From the NCBI GenBank assembly GCA_046347045.1, contig JAXMGX010000002.1:136124-200123 (forward strand): a stretch of DNA of 64,000 nt, read 5' to 3'. Origin of the DNA: Steroidobacteraceae bacterium. Its GTDB lineage: Bacteria > Pseudomonadota > Gammaproteobacteria > Steroidobacterales > Steroidobacteraceae. Under the pieces are notes generated by a model. The model did not search any database and was not told the DNA's origin. It saw nothing but the letters and a program-made list of their open reading frames with translations. Below are positions 19,816-30,180 of this stretch, piece by piece; within the stretch, counting starts at the first letter, position 1; each line of letters begins with the position of its first letter. Made by a program: the position numbers and the translations under genes.

Positions 19816-21410
19816 GGGGTTTTCTCCAGAATGAGTCCCGAGAATCCCGGCAGCAGCACCGCCTGCGGATTGCCCGTTTGCGCCAGCGTGCGCCATGTGG
19901 TGGGCGCGCTGGCCGGTCGAGGCAGCGGTGCCGACGCCAGGTTGAAGACGCAGCGCAACTGCTGAGTGGCAGTGCGCCGCTCGATGACGAGCAGCGCATC
20001 GCCCGCTTCGAGCACCTGAAGGTCACCCTCGCGCAGCGCCATATTCGTCTTGCGCAGCGCCATGAGCTGCCGCGTCCATGCCAGCATCGAACCGGGCTGC
20101 CGCTGCTGGTCCGACACGTTCAACGCCAACTGTTCCGGCACCACGGGCAGCCACGGCAGGCAAGTGGAGAATCCGCCGAAGGGATCATCGCCGCGCCAGG
20201 GCATCGGGGTGCGCGCGCCGTCGCGGCCCAGTGTCAACGGCCAGTTGGCGATGGCCTCGGGGTCCTGCAGGTCCTCGAAGTCGATGCTGGCCTGGGGCAG
20301 GCCGAGCTCCTCGCCGTAGTAGAGGAACACATTGCCGCGCAGGCTGATGAGCAGCAGCATGGCGAGCCGGGCGAAAGCGTCCCGGTGTTCGGGTGCGGCC
20401 CAGCGGGAAACGGCGCGTGGCGCGTCGTGGTTGGAAAATGCCCAGCTCGGCCACAGTGCATCCCCGTGCGACGGCCATGCTTCCAGCACGCTGCGCACCA
20501 GCGCGGGCGTCAGCCGCTCGGCGTAGAGGAAATCGAATCCATAGGCGGAGTGCAGGCGATCGGTTCCCTGGATCAGCATCTTCATCGCCGGCAGCGCATC
20601 CAGCCCGCCCACCTCGGCCACAGTGAACTTTCCGCCATGCTCCTCGGTCAGGCGACGGATGCTGCGGATGAAGTCCAGCAGCAGCGGATGTCCCTGGTTG
20701 TGGATGGGAAGCTGGAAATCACTGGGGCGTGTACGCACGGTGCCCCGGTCCGGCGCCGGCGGGTTGTCCCGCAGTCCCGGATCGTGCATGGCGTAGTTGA
20801 TGGCATCGAGCCGGAAACCATCGACGCCGCGCTTCAGCCAGAAGCGCGCCACATCCAGCAGTGCCGCCTGCACCGCCGGGTTGTGCACGTTGAGGTCGGG
20901 TTGCGCCGGCAGGAAATTGTGCAGGTAGTACTGGCGGCGCCGCGCGTCCCAATGCCAGGCCGGTCCGCCGAACAGGGACTGCCAGTTGTTGGGCGGCGAG
21001 CCATCGGGCTTCGGATCGGCCCAGACGTACCAGTCCGCACGCGGATTGTCGCGGCTCGCGCGGCTTTCCCGGAACCACGGATGCTGGTCGGAGGAATGCG
21101 AGTAGATCTGGTCGACGATCACCCGCAGTCCCAGCTCGTGCGCCCGGCTGACGAGCCGGTCGAAATCCGCCAGCGTGCCGAACACCGGATCGACATCGCA
21201 GAAATCGCTGACGTCGTAGCCGAAGTCGAGCATCGGGGACTTGTAGAACGGCGACAGCCAGATGGCATCCACGTTCAGCGCCGCCACATGGGGCAGCGCG
21301 GCGGTGATGCCGGGCAGATCCCCCACGCCATCGCCGTTGGAATCGACGAAGCTGCGCGGATAGATCTGGTAGATGGTGGCTCCCCGCCACCAGGGCGCAT
21401 CGCCGCTCAT
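19812..21410 (-). CDS. GH13 alpha-glucosidase / oligo-1,6-glucosidase
   Basis: MSGDAPWWRGATIYQIYPRSFVDSNGDGVGDLPGI, GVDGFRLDAINY, EVGG. ATGA overlap with the upstream amylase stop (21407-21410). Confidence 0.9.
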   Translation of the reverse strand: MSGDAPWWRGATIYQIYPRSFVDSNGDGVGDLPGITAALPHVAALNVDAIWLSPFYKSPMLDFGYDVSDFCDVDPVFGTLADFDRLVSRAHELGLRVIVDQIYSHSSDQHPWFRESRASRDNPRADWYVWADPKPDGSPPNNWQSLFGGPAWHWDARRRQYYLHNFLPAQPDLNVHNPAVQAALLDVARFWLKRGVDGFRLDAINYAMHDPGLRDNPPAPDRGTVRTRPSDFQLPIHNQGHPLLLDFIRSIRRLTEEHGGKFTVAEVGGLDALPAMKMLIQGTDRLHSAYGFDFLYAERLTPALVRSVLEAWPSHGDALWPSWAFSNHDAPRAVSRWAAPEHRDAFARLAMLLLISLRGNVFLYYGEELGLPQASIDFEDLQDPEAIANWPLTLGRDGARTPMPWRGDDPFGGFSTCLPWLPVVPEQLALNVSDQQRQPGSMLAWTRQLMALRKTNMALREGDLQVLEAGDALLVIERRTATQQLRCVFNLASAPLPRPASAPTTWRTLAQTGNPQAVLLPGFSGLILEKTP

Positions 21411-23221
21411 GGTGCCGCGGCGGCGCACACCGCCATCTCCAGCGGGGGAAGCGTCAGCGCATAGCTGCCGGGAGATGTCGGCGATGCCGGGCAATCGCCA
21501 TACAGGGTTTCGAAGCGCCGCGACGCCACGTCGGTCTGCACCTGGGCGCTCAGCGGATGTGTGGACGTGTTGAAGGCGATGAGCACTTCCCGCCCGGTGG
21601 CCGGGTCGATGCGCGAAACCGCGAACAGCCCGGGCTTGTCTTCATAGGCGCGAACCAGCTGGATTCCCCTGCGCAGTGCCGCGGTCCGCGTGCGCAGGCG
21701 CGCCAGCGTGGCGATGTGCCGGAACAGCGGATGCTGCACGTTGAAGCTGCTGGTGGCGGTGGTGGCGCTGGTGCCAAGCAGGGGCTGGTCGTTGTAGGAC
21801 GCCACCCTGCTCGCGAACATGTCCTGCCGCGCGTCCTGGTCGCCGCCCCTGCCGATGAAGCCCTGTTCATCGCCGGAGTACACCACAGGCACGCCACGCA
21901 GCGTGAACAGCATGGAATGCGCCAGCTTCACCCGTTGCAGCACTTCGGCATCACTGGCGCCGGGAAACGCCGCGTGCACCGCGAAAGCCAGCCGGCCCAT
22001 ATCGTGGTTGCTGACGAAGGTGGGCAGCTTCAGGGCTGCCGCTGCGCCACCTTCGTAGAGTGCATCGTCTTCGAACAGCCTCGCCAGCACCGACGTCCCG
22101 GCGGAGCCAGCCAGCGTCTGGCGGACGGCAGCCGCGAAGGCGAAATCGAGCACCGCGGGCAGGCGATCCACGCGCGTGTGCCGGGCCAGCAGCGCCACGT
22201 CCACATCGGTGCTGTAGACCTCGCCGAAGATGTGGAAGTTGGGAATGCCCCGCGCCCTGGCCCGGGCGAGCATGGCTGGCACGAATGCCTGCCAGAACTC
22301 CGGGTTCACGTGCTTGGCGGTGTCGATGCGAAAGCCATCGATGCCGAGCCGGTCGATCCATTGCCCGTAGATGTCCACGAATCCGCGCACTACGCGCGGA
22401 TTCTCGGTCATCAGGTCATCCAGGCCCGAGAAATCGCCCATTTGCGAGCTCTCGCCGGCAAACGTGGAATCGCCGCGGTTGTGGTAGTAGATGGGATCGT
22501 TCAGCCACGCCGGCACCTTGCGATGTTCCTCGCCGGCGGGCACGAAAGGCGTGTAGGCGAAGTCGGGCCGCGTCAGCCTCGCGAAGTTGGCGAGCGTCTG
22601 GTGCGGGGGCTGGTCCCCCGCGAAGCCAGCATTGATGGGCGCGCCGGTTGCGCCGCCCTGCGCGTCATAGGGGAAGTCGGCGCGCGAACGATAGGGGCAG
22701 GACGAGGTCGGGCACTCCCGGTAGGCAATGACATCGGCCGTGTGGTTGGTGATGATGTCCAGGTACACCTTGATGCCGCGCGCATGCGCCGCATCCACCA
22801 GCTCGCGCAGCTCGGCGTCGGTGCCCAGGTGCGGATCCACGCTGGTGAAGTCGGTGATCCAGTACCCGTGGTAGCCGGCGGACTCCGCCCCGGGGGCGCC
22901 CTGCACCGGCTTGTTGCGATACACCGGCCCGAGCCAGATCGCCGTTGCGCCCAGCGCCTCGATGTAGTCGAGCCGCTGGCGGAATCCCCGGAGATCCCCG
23001 CCGTGGTAGAAGCCCTTGTGCGACGGATCGAAGCCATTCACCAGCCGGTCGCCGCCGAGGCCGCCACGGTCGTTGCCCGGATCGCCGTTCTCGAAGCGAT
23101 CCGGCAACGCGAAGTACATGAACTCGTCCTGCGGCAGCCGCTGCCGGTACGCGCCGGCGGCCTGCGCCGTGCCACACAGCAGGCACAGCGCCAGCAGGAC
23201 ATGCCGCATGTTGATGGCCAT
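21407..23221 (-). CDS. secreted GH13 alpha-amylase-family enzyme
   Basis: Signal peptide MAINMRHVLLALCLLCGTAQA. GH13 regions DIITNHTA, GIDGFRIDTAKH, FGEV, FVSNHD. Confidence 0.9.
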   Translation of the reverse strand: MAINMRHVLLALCLLCGTAQAAGAYRQRLPQDEFMYFALPDRFENGDPGNDRGGLGGDRLVNGFDPSHKGFYHGGDLRGFRQRLDYIEALGATAIWLGPVYRNKPVQGAPGAESAGYHGYWITDFTSVDPHLGTDAELRELVDAAHARGIKVYLDIITNHTADVIAYRECPTSSCPYRSRADFPYDAQGGATGAPINAGFAGDQPPHQTLANFARLTRPDFAYTPFVPAGEEHRKVPAWLNDPIYYHNRGDSTFAGESSQMGDFSGLDDLMTENPRVVRGFVDIYGQWIDRLGIDGFRIDTAKHVNPEFWQAFVPAMLARARARGIPNFHIFGEVYSTDVDVALLARHTRVDRLPAVLDFAFAAAVRQTLAGSAGTSVLARLFEDDALYEGGAAAALKLPTFVSNHDMGRLAFAVHAAFPGASDAEVLQRVKLAHSMLFTLRGVPVVYSGDEQGFIGRGGDQDARQDMFASRVASYNDQPLLGTSATTATSSFNVQHPLFRHIATLARLRTRTAALRRGIQLVRAYEDKPGLFAVSRIDPATGREVLIAFNTSTHPLSAQVQTDVASRRFETLYGDCPASPTSPGSYALTLPPLEMAVCAAAAP

Positions 23222-23265
23222 CACCAGCCTCCGACCCTGCCGCAGCAATCGCGGTTGGCGCGAGG

Positions 23266-26121
23266 CTACTGCAGCTTGTAGTTGATGCCCAGCAGCACCT
23301 GCCGGCCGTACTCCTGGTAATCCTGCTGCCGCGTGCCGATGCGCGCATAGGCGATGTAGGGCTCGTTGGTGAGGTTGTTCACCTGCAGCAGCATCGACAC
23401 GCCACGCAGGCGGGTTGCATCACCGAAGGCATAGCCGACCTGCAGGTCCGTGATCTGGTCGCCCTTCACGAACTTGAAGCTGCGGTCGTTGGCGAAGTTC
23501 GTCACCTCGCCGATGTACTTCGAGCGGGCGCGCGTGGCGATGCGCGCCGAGAACCCGTACTTCTCGTAGTACAGCATCGCGTTCCACACCGTCTTCGACA
23601 GGCCGGGCAGCGAGATGTCGCCCAGGCCGTTGCCGGTGATGAAGTTGTTGCCCGGCGGATCCTGGATCGAGATGTTGCTGTCGGTGAGCGAGACGCTGAC
23701 CGTGGCGCCGAAGCCATCGAGCGCCTCGCCGAACATCGAGCCCTGCACCGAGAGCGCGAACTCGGCGCCCTTCAGCTTGCCACCCTGGCCGTTGACCGGG
23801 CCGGTGAAGCTGCCAGTAGTCTGGATGTTCGAGATGCAGTTCGGCGCCGGTCCCGGAAAGCAGGAGGGCAGCGTCGCGATGAAGTCCGAGAAGTCATGCG
23901 ACTGGTCGGTCTGGTTGTAGATGTAGGACTTGAGCTTCTTGTAGAAGACCGCCGCCGAGATGTAGGCATCGCGGGTGAAGTAGTTCTCGAACGACAGGTC
24001 GAAGGCATCGGCCCGCCAAGGATCCAGCTTCGGATTGCCGCCGCTGCCGCCGGGCACGCCGAAGTTGCTGATGCCCTGCTCGCTGGAGGCCTTGAGCTGG
24101 TCCATGCGGGCGCGGGCGATTTCACGCGCCAGGCCCAGGCGAATGGTGCGCTGCTCCGAGAACTGGAAGGCCAGGTTCATCGCCGGCAGCACGTCGGTGT
24201 ACTTCTTGCCGTTCGTGAAGTTGATGTTCTGGCCGTTCGAGCGGGCGATGGCCGTTGAGCTCTGGTTGGTGCGCACCACCTGCACGCCGATGTTGCCCTT
24301 CAACGTCAGGCCATCCGAAAGCGGATGATCGAGCAGGCCGCGCACATAGCCCGTCGTGACCTTCTCCTCCACGCCCCAGTTCTTGCCGATCAGGTAGTCG
24401 AAGCCCGGGGTGGTGGGCGAGCCATAGACGATGGGCTGGTAGTACGCCTTCAACACGCCCAGCACGTCCCAGGCCAGCGCCGCGTTGGCATTGGCGTACG
24501 ACAGGTTGGTGGGATCGAGCAGGTACTGCGAGCCGACCTGGTGGTAGTTGCCCGTCGTGTTGTTCAGGGTGTTCAAGCCGCCCTCGGGTTGCAGCTTGTC
24601 CTTGGTGCGGTCGGAGTAGTTGAGACCCGCCGACACAGCCGACAGCCAGCCGTCGAACTTGCGCGTGATGTCTGCGCGCGCCGACTTAAGCTCGTCCTCC
24701 ACGTGCGGGATCTTGCTGTAACCGGCGCCATAGATCGTCGGCCCCAGCCAGACATTGGCCGGGTTCGCGTAGTCCAGCGCGAACTGCAGCTGCGGCATGG
24801 AATTCGCGCTGATGCTGAACGAGCCGGTATCGTAGACATTGCGCGGCGTGCCGGCGGCTGCGTTCAGGTTTGGCAGGTACTGCGCATTGGTCTCGTACTG
24901 CCGCTCGTCGCGCTGCGCCTTGGAGTAGCTCACGTCGGCCGCCACAGTCCATGGACCGCTGGTCCACTTGTTGTTGAGGCCGGCGGCCTTGATGTCGTCC
25001 TTCGTCATGAACAGGAAATTGCGCGCCAGCGGCACGCGCTTGTTCAACGCCGCGGCCACGACGGTGTTGTCGACGACCGTGGCGTTGGAATAGCCGAAGA
25101 TGGTGTTGGCGGGGAAGGTGCCATCGCAGCACGGGGCCGGGTAGCCGCCCAGGTTCACCTCCAGGCTGCGCGCATTGTCGTTCTGCTTGCGCCGCGTGTA
25201 GTACAGGTCGAGTACGGCCGAATAGGCTTCGTTCGGACGCCACTCCAGCGCGGCCATGGCGCCGGTGCGCACGTTGGTGCCCATGTCGGTGCGCACCTTG
25301 ATGCCATCGGTAACGTACACGTCGGCACCAACGCCAGGATTGACGTTGGTGCCGGGTGTGCCGTTCGCGTGCCACGGTTCGTAGGTGCCGGCGCCGCGCG
25401 TGGCTAGGGGGGAATCCAGGCGCGCCACGCCCAAGGTCACACCGACCGTGTTGTCCGCAAACTGGTCGATATACGAGAAACTCAGGCGATTGCCATAGCG
25501 CTTGGAATCCGCGCCCAGGTGGCCGTTGCCGTTGCGCTCGCCGCGCACGTTGAACACCAGCGCGCGCCGCCCGTAGTCCAGGGGCCGCGTGGTGCGCAGG
25601 TCGATGGTGCCGGCCAGGCCCTGCCCCACCAGCTGCGCGTCGGGGGTCTTGTACACCAGCACGCTGCTCAGCAGTTCGGAAGGGTACTGGTCGAATTCGA
25701 TGCTGCGGTTGTCGCCGGTGCTGACCTGCTCACGTCCGTTGAGCAAGGCGCTGGTGAAACCGGGGTCGGTGCCGCGCAGGCTGATGGCCGAGGCGCGCCC
25801 CTCGGCGCGCTGCGAGGTCAGGCCCGGCAGCCGGGAGATGGATTCGGCGATGCTGGTATCGGGCAGCTTGCCGATGTCCTCGGCCGAGACGGCCTCGACG
25901 ATGCTGCTGGATTCCTTCTTCAGCTTGATCGAGCTTTCGATGCCGCCGCGGATGCCGGTGACCACCACTTCCTCGAGCTCGTCCGTGGCTGGCGCGTCGG
26001 CGCCCTGGACGATGCCCGCGGCTGCGAGCAGCGAAACTACGGTCAGTGCCGCAGGCCAGGAAAGCGGGTTCTGATGGGAAATGCCTGCAGCGGCAGACGC
26101 TAATGCGTTTGAATCGTTCAT
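23266..26121 (-). CDS. TonB-dependent outer-membrane receptor (maltodextrin/oligosaccharide type)
   Basis: Start MNDSNALASAA with a long signal region. Plug motifs EEVVVTGIR, AESISRLPGL. About 950-aa beta-barrel. Heads the glycosidase operon. Confidence 0.9.
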   Translation of the reverse strand: MNDSNALASAAAGISHQNPLSWPAALTVVSLLAAAGIVQGADAPATDELEEVVVTGIRGGIESSIKLKKESSSIVEAVSAEDIGKLPDTSIAESISRLPGLTSQRAEGRASAISLRGTDPGFTSALLNGREQVSTGDNRSIEFDQYPSELLSSVLVYKTPDAQLVGQGLAGTIDLRTTRPLDYGRRALVFNVRGERNGNGHLGADSKRYGNRLSFSYIDQFADNTVGVTLGVARLDSPLATRGAGTYEPWHANGTPGTNVNPGVGADVYVTDGIKVRTDMGTNVRTGAMAALEWRPNEAYSAVLDLYYTRRKQNDNARSLEVNLGGYPAPCCDGTFPANTIFGYSNATVVDNTVVAAALNKRVPLARNFLFMTKDDIKAAGLNNKWTSGPWTVAADVSYSKAQRDERQYETNAQYLPNLNAAAGTPRNVYDTGSFSISANSMPQLQFALDYANPANVWLGPTIYGAGYSKIPHVEDELKSARADITRKFDGWLSAVSAGLNYSDRTKDKLQPEGGLNTLNNTTGNYHQVGSQYLLDPTNLSYANANAALAWDVLGVLKAYYQPIVYGSPTTPGFDYLIGKNWGVEEKVTTGYVRGLLDHPLSDGLTLKGNIGVQVVRTNQSSTAIARSNGQNINFTNGKKYTDVLPAMNLAFQFSEQRTIRLGLAREIARARMDQLKASSEQGISNFGVPGGSGGNPKLDPWRADAFDLSFENYFTRDAYISAAVFYKKLKSYIYNQTDQSHDFSDFIATLPSCFPGPAPNCISNIQTTGSFTGPVNGQGGKLKGAEFALSVQGSMFGEALDGFGATVSVSLTDSNISIQDPPGNNFITGNGLGDISLPGLSKTVWNAMLYYEKYGFSARIATRARSKYIGEVTNFANDRSFKFVKGDQITDLQVGYAFGDATRLRGVSMLLQVNNLTNEPYIAYARIGTRQQDYQEYGRQVLLGINYKLQ

Positions 26122-26210
26122 CCGTCCCCCTTGAAGTGCGCTGCGCGCGCCTGCGAGGTAGGCAATATCGATGAGGGCGTTCACAATGCCAAGAGGCTGC
26201 ATACGTATTC

Positions 26211-27245
26211 ATGGACAAACCCACTTCTCTCGTCATCGCCCACCTGGCCGGCGTCTCGCAGCCCACCGTCTCTCGGGCGCTGCGCGGCAGCCGCAGCGTC
26301 AGCGAGGAAACGCGCCAGCGCATCGAGGCCATCGCGCGGCAGCTCAACTACAAGGTGGACAAGAACGCCTCGAACCTGCGCAGCCAGCACTCCAACACGC
26401 TGGCGCTGCTGCTGTTCGAAGACCCGACGCCGGATGATTCGCTGATCAATCCCTTCTTCCATCCCATGCTGGGCTCGATCACCCGGGCCTGCGCGCAGCA
26501 CGGCTACGACCTGCTGATCTCCTTCCAGCAGCAGTCGGGCGACTGGCACGTGGACTACCAGGACAGCCACAAGGCCGATGGGCTCATCCTCCTGGGGTAC
26601 GGCGATTACCTCGAGACGCGCGCTCGGCTGGAGTCACTGGTCCGGCATGGCACGCACTTCGTGCGCTGGGGCGCAGTGCTCGCCGACCAGCCGGGGCTTT
26701 CGATAGGCTGCGACAATTTCCAGGGTGGCTTCGACGTCACGCATCACCTGACGAAGCTGGGACGGCGGCGCATCGCATTCCTGGGCCACGCGTCGAACCA
26801 CTATCCGGAATTCTTCGAACGTTATCGTGGCTACTCGGCCGCATTGCAGGCTGCCGGACTTCCCTGCGATCCGCGCTTGCAGGTCGACGCCATCACCACG
26901 CAGGCCGCCGGGCACGCGGCTGCAAGGCAGCTGCTGGACCGCGATCTGCCATGCGATGCCATCGTCGCGGCCAGCGACCTGATCGCCATCGGCGCCATGC
27001 GCGCGCTGCAGGAGGCGCGGATCGACGTGCCCACGCAGGTGTCGGTGGTGGGATTCGATGACATTCCGGCTGCGAGCCTAACCCGCCCGCCGCTGACCAC
27101 CGTGATGCAGGACACGCACCTGGCCGGTGAAGTGCTGGTCGAGACACTGCTGAAAGTGGTGCAGGGCCTGCCGGCGCAGAGCCAAACGCTGGGCGGCCGG
27201 CTGATCGTCCGGGAATCCTGCGGCGCTCAGCGCGCGCCGGGCTGA
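26211..27245 (+). CDS. LacI-family transcriptional regulator
   Basis: N-terminal HTH LVIAHLAGVSQPTVSRALRG and a periplasmic-binding-protein-like core. Divergent from the TBDR gene. Confidence 0.9.
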   Translation: MDKPTSLVIAHLAGVSQPTVSRALRGSRSVSEETRQRIEAIARQLNYKVDKNASNLRSQHSNTLALLLFEDPTPDDSLINPFFHPMLGSITRACAQHGYDLLISFQQQSGDWHVDYQDSHKADGLILLGYGDYLETRARLESLVRHGTHFVRWGAVLADQPGLSIGCDNFQGGFDVTHHLTKLGRRRIAFLGHASNHYPEFFERYRGYSAALQAAGLPCDPRLQVDAITTQAAGHAAARQLLDRDLPCDAIVAASDLIAIGAMRALQEARIDVPTQVSVVGFDDIPAASLTRPPLTTVMQDTHLAGEVLVETLLKVVQGLPAQSQTLGGRLIVRESCGAQRAPG

Positions 27246-28756
27246 GGGATGCGCAGTGCGGCCAGCGCCGCGAGCCCGAAGCACACGCCGCCGATGACCA
27301 GCGCGTAGATCGGCTGGCCGCCGAACACCAGCTTCAGCACTACGCCGAGCACGGTCGCGGCCAGCAGCTGCGGGATCACGATGAAGAAATTGAAGAAGCC
27401 CATGTACAGGCCCATCTTGCTGGCCGGCACGGCGTCGGAGAGCATCGCGTAGGGCAGCGACAGCACCGAGCACCACGTGAATCCGATGCCGACCATAGGC
27501 AACAGCAGCCAATTGGGATCGCGGATGAAGGGCATCGACAGCAACGCCGCCGCACCCAGCAGCAGGTTGAACTGGTGGCTGCCGCGCAGGCCGAACTTGC
27601 GCACCATCAGCGGAATCACCATCGCGGCCAGCGCGGCGAAGCCGTTGTAGCAGGCGAACAGCACACCGACCCAGTTGGCGCCCTGGTTGTAGCGCTCCGA
27701 GAGCGGATCGGTCGATCCGAAATGCACCTGCGCCACGGCCGGCGTGGTGTAGATCCACAGCGCGAACAGCGCGATCCACGAGAAGAACTGCACCGCGGCC
27801 AGGCGGCGCATGGTCTGCGGCATGCCCTCGAAATCGCTCATCATGGTGCGAAACGCATTCATGCGTTCACCCGAGCTGTGGATCACGAGAGCCGTGCCCC
27901 AGGCGATGAGCGCACCGCACAGCAGGTAGAGCTGCTGGTCCCACGACCGGCCGCGCACCAGCAAGAATCCGATGGCCCCTACCACGAGCCATATCAGGCC
28001 GCGGCGCCGACTGGCGCGCCGGTCGATGGCGACCGGCGTGGTGGCCGACAGCGTACTGTCGGCAAAGGACCGCAGTTCATCCGGCGGATATTCCCGGGTC
28101 CTGAACACCGTCCAGCCCACCGCCAGCAGCAGCACCAGCGCGCCGATATCGAAGGAATAGCGGACCGTGTCGGGAATGGCAGCCATGCCCGTGGTGCCGG
28201 TGGCGTGGTTGCTGACGCCTGCATGCGCCAGCAGCCAGGGCAGCAGCCCCGCGACCACCGCGCCGGTGCCGATGAAGAAGCTCTGCATCGCATAGCCCTT
28301 GGCGCGCTGGGCCGGCGCGAGCTGATCTCCGACGAAGGCGCGAAATGGCTCCATTGCGATGTTGATGGAGGCGTCGAGGATCCACAGGAACACGGCCGCG
28401 AACAGCAGCAGCGGCGAGCGCGGCATGGCCAGCAGCGCGATGGCCGCCAGCAGCGCGCCGGCCAGGAAGAACGGCCGGCGGCGACCCAAGCGTGTCCAGG
28501 TGCGATCCGACCAGTAGCCGATCAGCGGCTGCACCAAGAGGCCGGTGAGCGGCGCGGCTATCCACAGCAGCGGGATCTGCTCCAGCGTCGCACCCAGCGA
28601 CTGGAAGATGCGGCTGACATTGCTGTTCTGCAGAGCAAAGGCAAACTGGATGCCCATGAAGCCGAAGCACATGTTCCAGATCTGCCAGAACGAAAGCTGC
28701 GGGCGGTTGCGGCCTGTGGCGGCCGGCGCGGTTTCAGGGGATGTGGCCGACACCAT
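27227..28756 (-). CDS. MFS/GPH-type sugar (maltose/maltodextrin) inner-membrane transporter
   Basis: 12 predicted TM helices. SDRTWTRLGRRRPF loop motif is typical of GPH/SLC45-like sugar symporters. 3' end overlaps the lacI-family gene by 19 nt (convergent). Confidence 0.85.
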   Translation of the reverse strand: MVSATSPETAPAATGRNRPQLSFWQIWNMCFGFMGIQFAFALQNSNVSRIFQSLGATLEQIPLLWIAAPLTGLLVQPLIGYWSDRTWTRLGRRRPFFLAGALLAAIALLAMPRSPLLLFAAVFLWILDASINIAMEPFRAFVGDQLAPAQRAKGYAMQSFFIGTGAVVAGLLPWLLAHAGVSNHATGTTGMAAIPDTVRYSFDIGALVLLLAVGWTVFRTREYPPDELRSFADSTLSATTPVAIDRRASRRRGLIWLVVGAIGFLLVRGRSWDQQLYLLCGALIAWGTALVIHSSGERMNAFRTMMSDFEGMPQTMRRLAAVQFFSWIALFALWIYTTPAVAQVHFGSTDPLSERYNQGANWVGVLFACYNGFAALAAMVIPLMVRKFGLRGSHQFNLLLGAAALLSMPFIRDPNWLLLPMVGIGFTWCSVLSLPYAMLSDAVPASKMGLYMGFFNFFIVIPQLLAATVLGVVLKLVFGGQPIYALVIGGVCFGLAALAALRIPQPGAR

Positions 28757-29164
28757 TGCTTGTCCTTCAGGCGCTGAGCCGACTCATCAGGTCGGCGACG
28801 TCCATCGCGGCCAGTGCTTCAGGGCGGATAGGAATTTCAAACCATTCCCGCAGGTAAGTCCAGTTCGTTGCCTATACCGCACATTCCGGCGCTCCTGAGA
28901 CGAGCTGCAGCCGACGGTCTGAAGCAAACCCAAAGAATAGTAGAGTAGCCAGGGCAAGTTCACGAGCTCGATGCGCACGAACGGAAAGGTTGCCTGCGGA
29001 ATGAGGCAAGAAGGATTCGTCAAATGGTAGCTGGATCGATTGCGGCGGGACTCCCGGGTCTTCAATCGCATTGGCGACGCCTCGCACACATGTTCGCGAT
29101 TTTCGCCAGCAGTACGGTGTGCGCGTTGGTGGGATTTGCGGCGACGCCCTCGCTGCCGGCCACG

Positions 29165-30097
29165 ATGGCGGTCGCGGCTTTCGATCATGGTGGCGGTCCG
29201 GAAGTACTCGGCCCGCGGACGATGCCCATTCCGCATCCCGGTGCCGGTGAGGTGCTGATCAGGCTGCGCGCGGCAACGGTGGGAGCCTGGGAAGCCGGCA
29301 CGCGCCGTCAGCCATCGCCTGGGACGAAGTTCCCGGCTGTCCTCGGCGCCGAAGGCGCGGGCACGATCGTGGCGCTCGGCGCCGGTGTCCACGACTTCAG
29401 ATTGGGCGATGAAGTTTTCGGAACAGGCGATGGCTTCTATGCCGAATACGCGATTGCACTCGCCGACAACATCGCGCGCGTGCCCGTGGGCCTCGACGCA
29501 AAGTCCGCCGCCGCTCTCGGCATCAGCGGGCTATCCGCGTTGCAGGGGCTGGACGAAGTGCTGCAAGTGAAGGCCGGTGAGCACCTGATCATCCATGGGG
29601 CAACGGGCGGTGTCGGCGTGCTTGCCATCCAGTTTGCCAAACGCCGAGGCGTGAAAGTGTTGGCGACCGTCGCGAGCGATGAAGGCTTCGCTCTGGCGAA
29701 GCGGCTCGGCGCGGATGTGGTCGTCAACGGGAAGACGGGCAATATCGCCGCCGCCGCCAAAGAGTTCGCGCCGCGCGGCGTGGATGCAGTGCTGGGTCTC
29801 GTCGGCGGTCTTTCGCTCGAGGCCTGTGTCGATACTCTGCGCGAAGACGGTCGTGGCCGCGTTGCCTATCTCTATGGCATCGAGCCGCTGCCCCGGCCCC
29901 GTTACGGCCCACGCATGTCGCTGTACAGCTACCGTGCCGGCCGCGATGAAATGCTTGCTCTGACCCGGATGGTGGCTGCCGCTCATGTCGAGGTGCCGAT
30001 CGCCGCGGAGTATCCACTCGCGAAGGCTGCCGATGCACACGTGCAACTCGAGGCCGGCGGACTGCTCGGCAAGATCCTGCTTCGCATGGGGCCCTGA
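29165..30097 (+). CDS. zinc-type alcohol dehydrogenase/NADPH:quinone oxidoreductase family protein
   Basis: MAVAAFDHGGGPEVL...GEVLIRL... and the GATGGVG cofactor motif. The ORF-track 5' extension was discarded. Confidence 0.8.
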   Translation: MAVAAFDHGGGPEVLGPRTMPIPHPGAGEVLIRLRAATVGAWEAGTRRQPSPGTKFPAVLGAEGAGTIVALGAGVHDFRLGDEVFGTGDGFYAEYAIALADNIARVPVGLDAKSAAALGISGLSALQGLDEVLQVKAGEHLIIHGATGGVGVLAIQFAKRRGVKVLATVASDEGFALAKRLGADVVVNGKTGNIAAAAKEFAPRGVDAVLGLVGGLSLEACVDTLREDGRGRVAYLYGIEPLPRPRYGPRMSLYSYRAGRDEMLALTRMVAAAHVEVPIAAEYPLAKAADAHVQLEAGGLLGKILLRMGP

Positions 30098-30180
30098 AAA
30101 GCGCTGCGATGCCCTGGCCGCCGCTTCGTACTCGACGTAAAGTGGCTGCGTCGCAAGTCGCGGCGTATCGGAGATGCATC

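Noticed and set aside
26101-26122. TGAATCGTTCA near the TBDR start codon as a LacI-family operator
   Set aside because: Only 4+4 nt are symmetric around an odd centre, it overlaps the start codon, and there is no second copy upstream of the MFS or amylase genes. The evidence is too weak.
28787-29392. 201-aa minus-strand ORF in the MFS/oxidoreductase intergenic region and overlapping ORFs (28872-29087, 29024 start of the 357-aa ORF)
   Set aside because: The translation is Arg-rich and low-complexity, and it overlaps the 5' end of the oxidoreductase gene. The region is better explained as a ~400-nt divergent promoter region. The oxidoreductase most plausibly starts at 29165 (MAVAAFDHGG).
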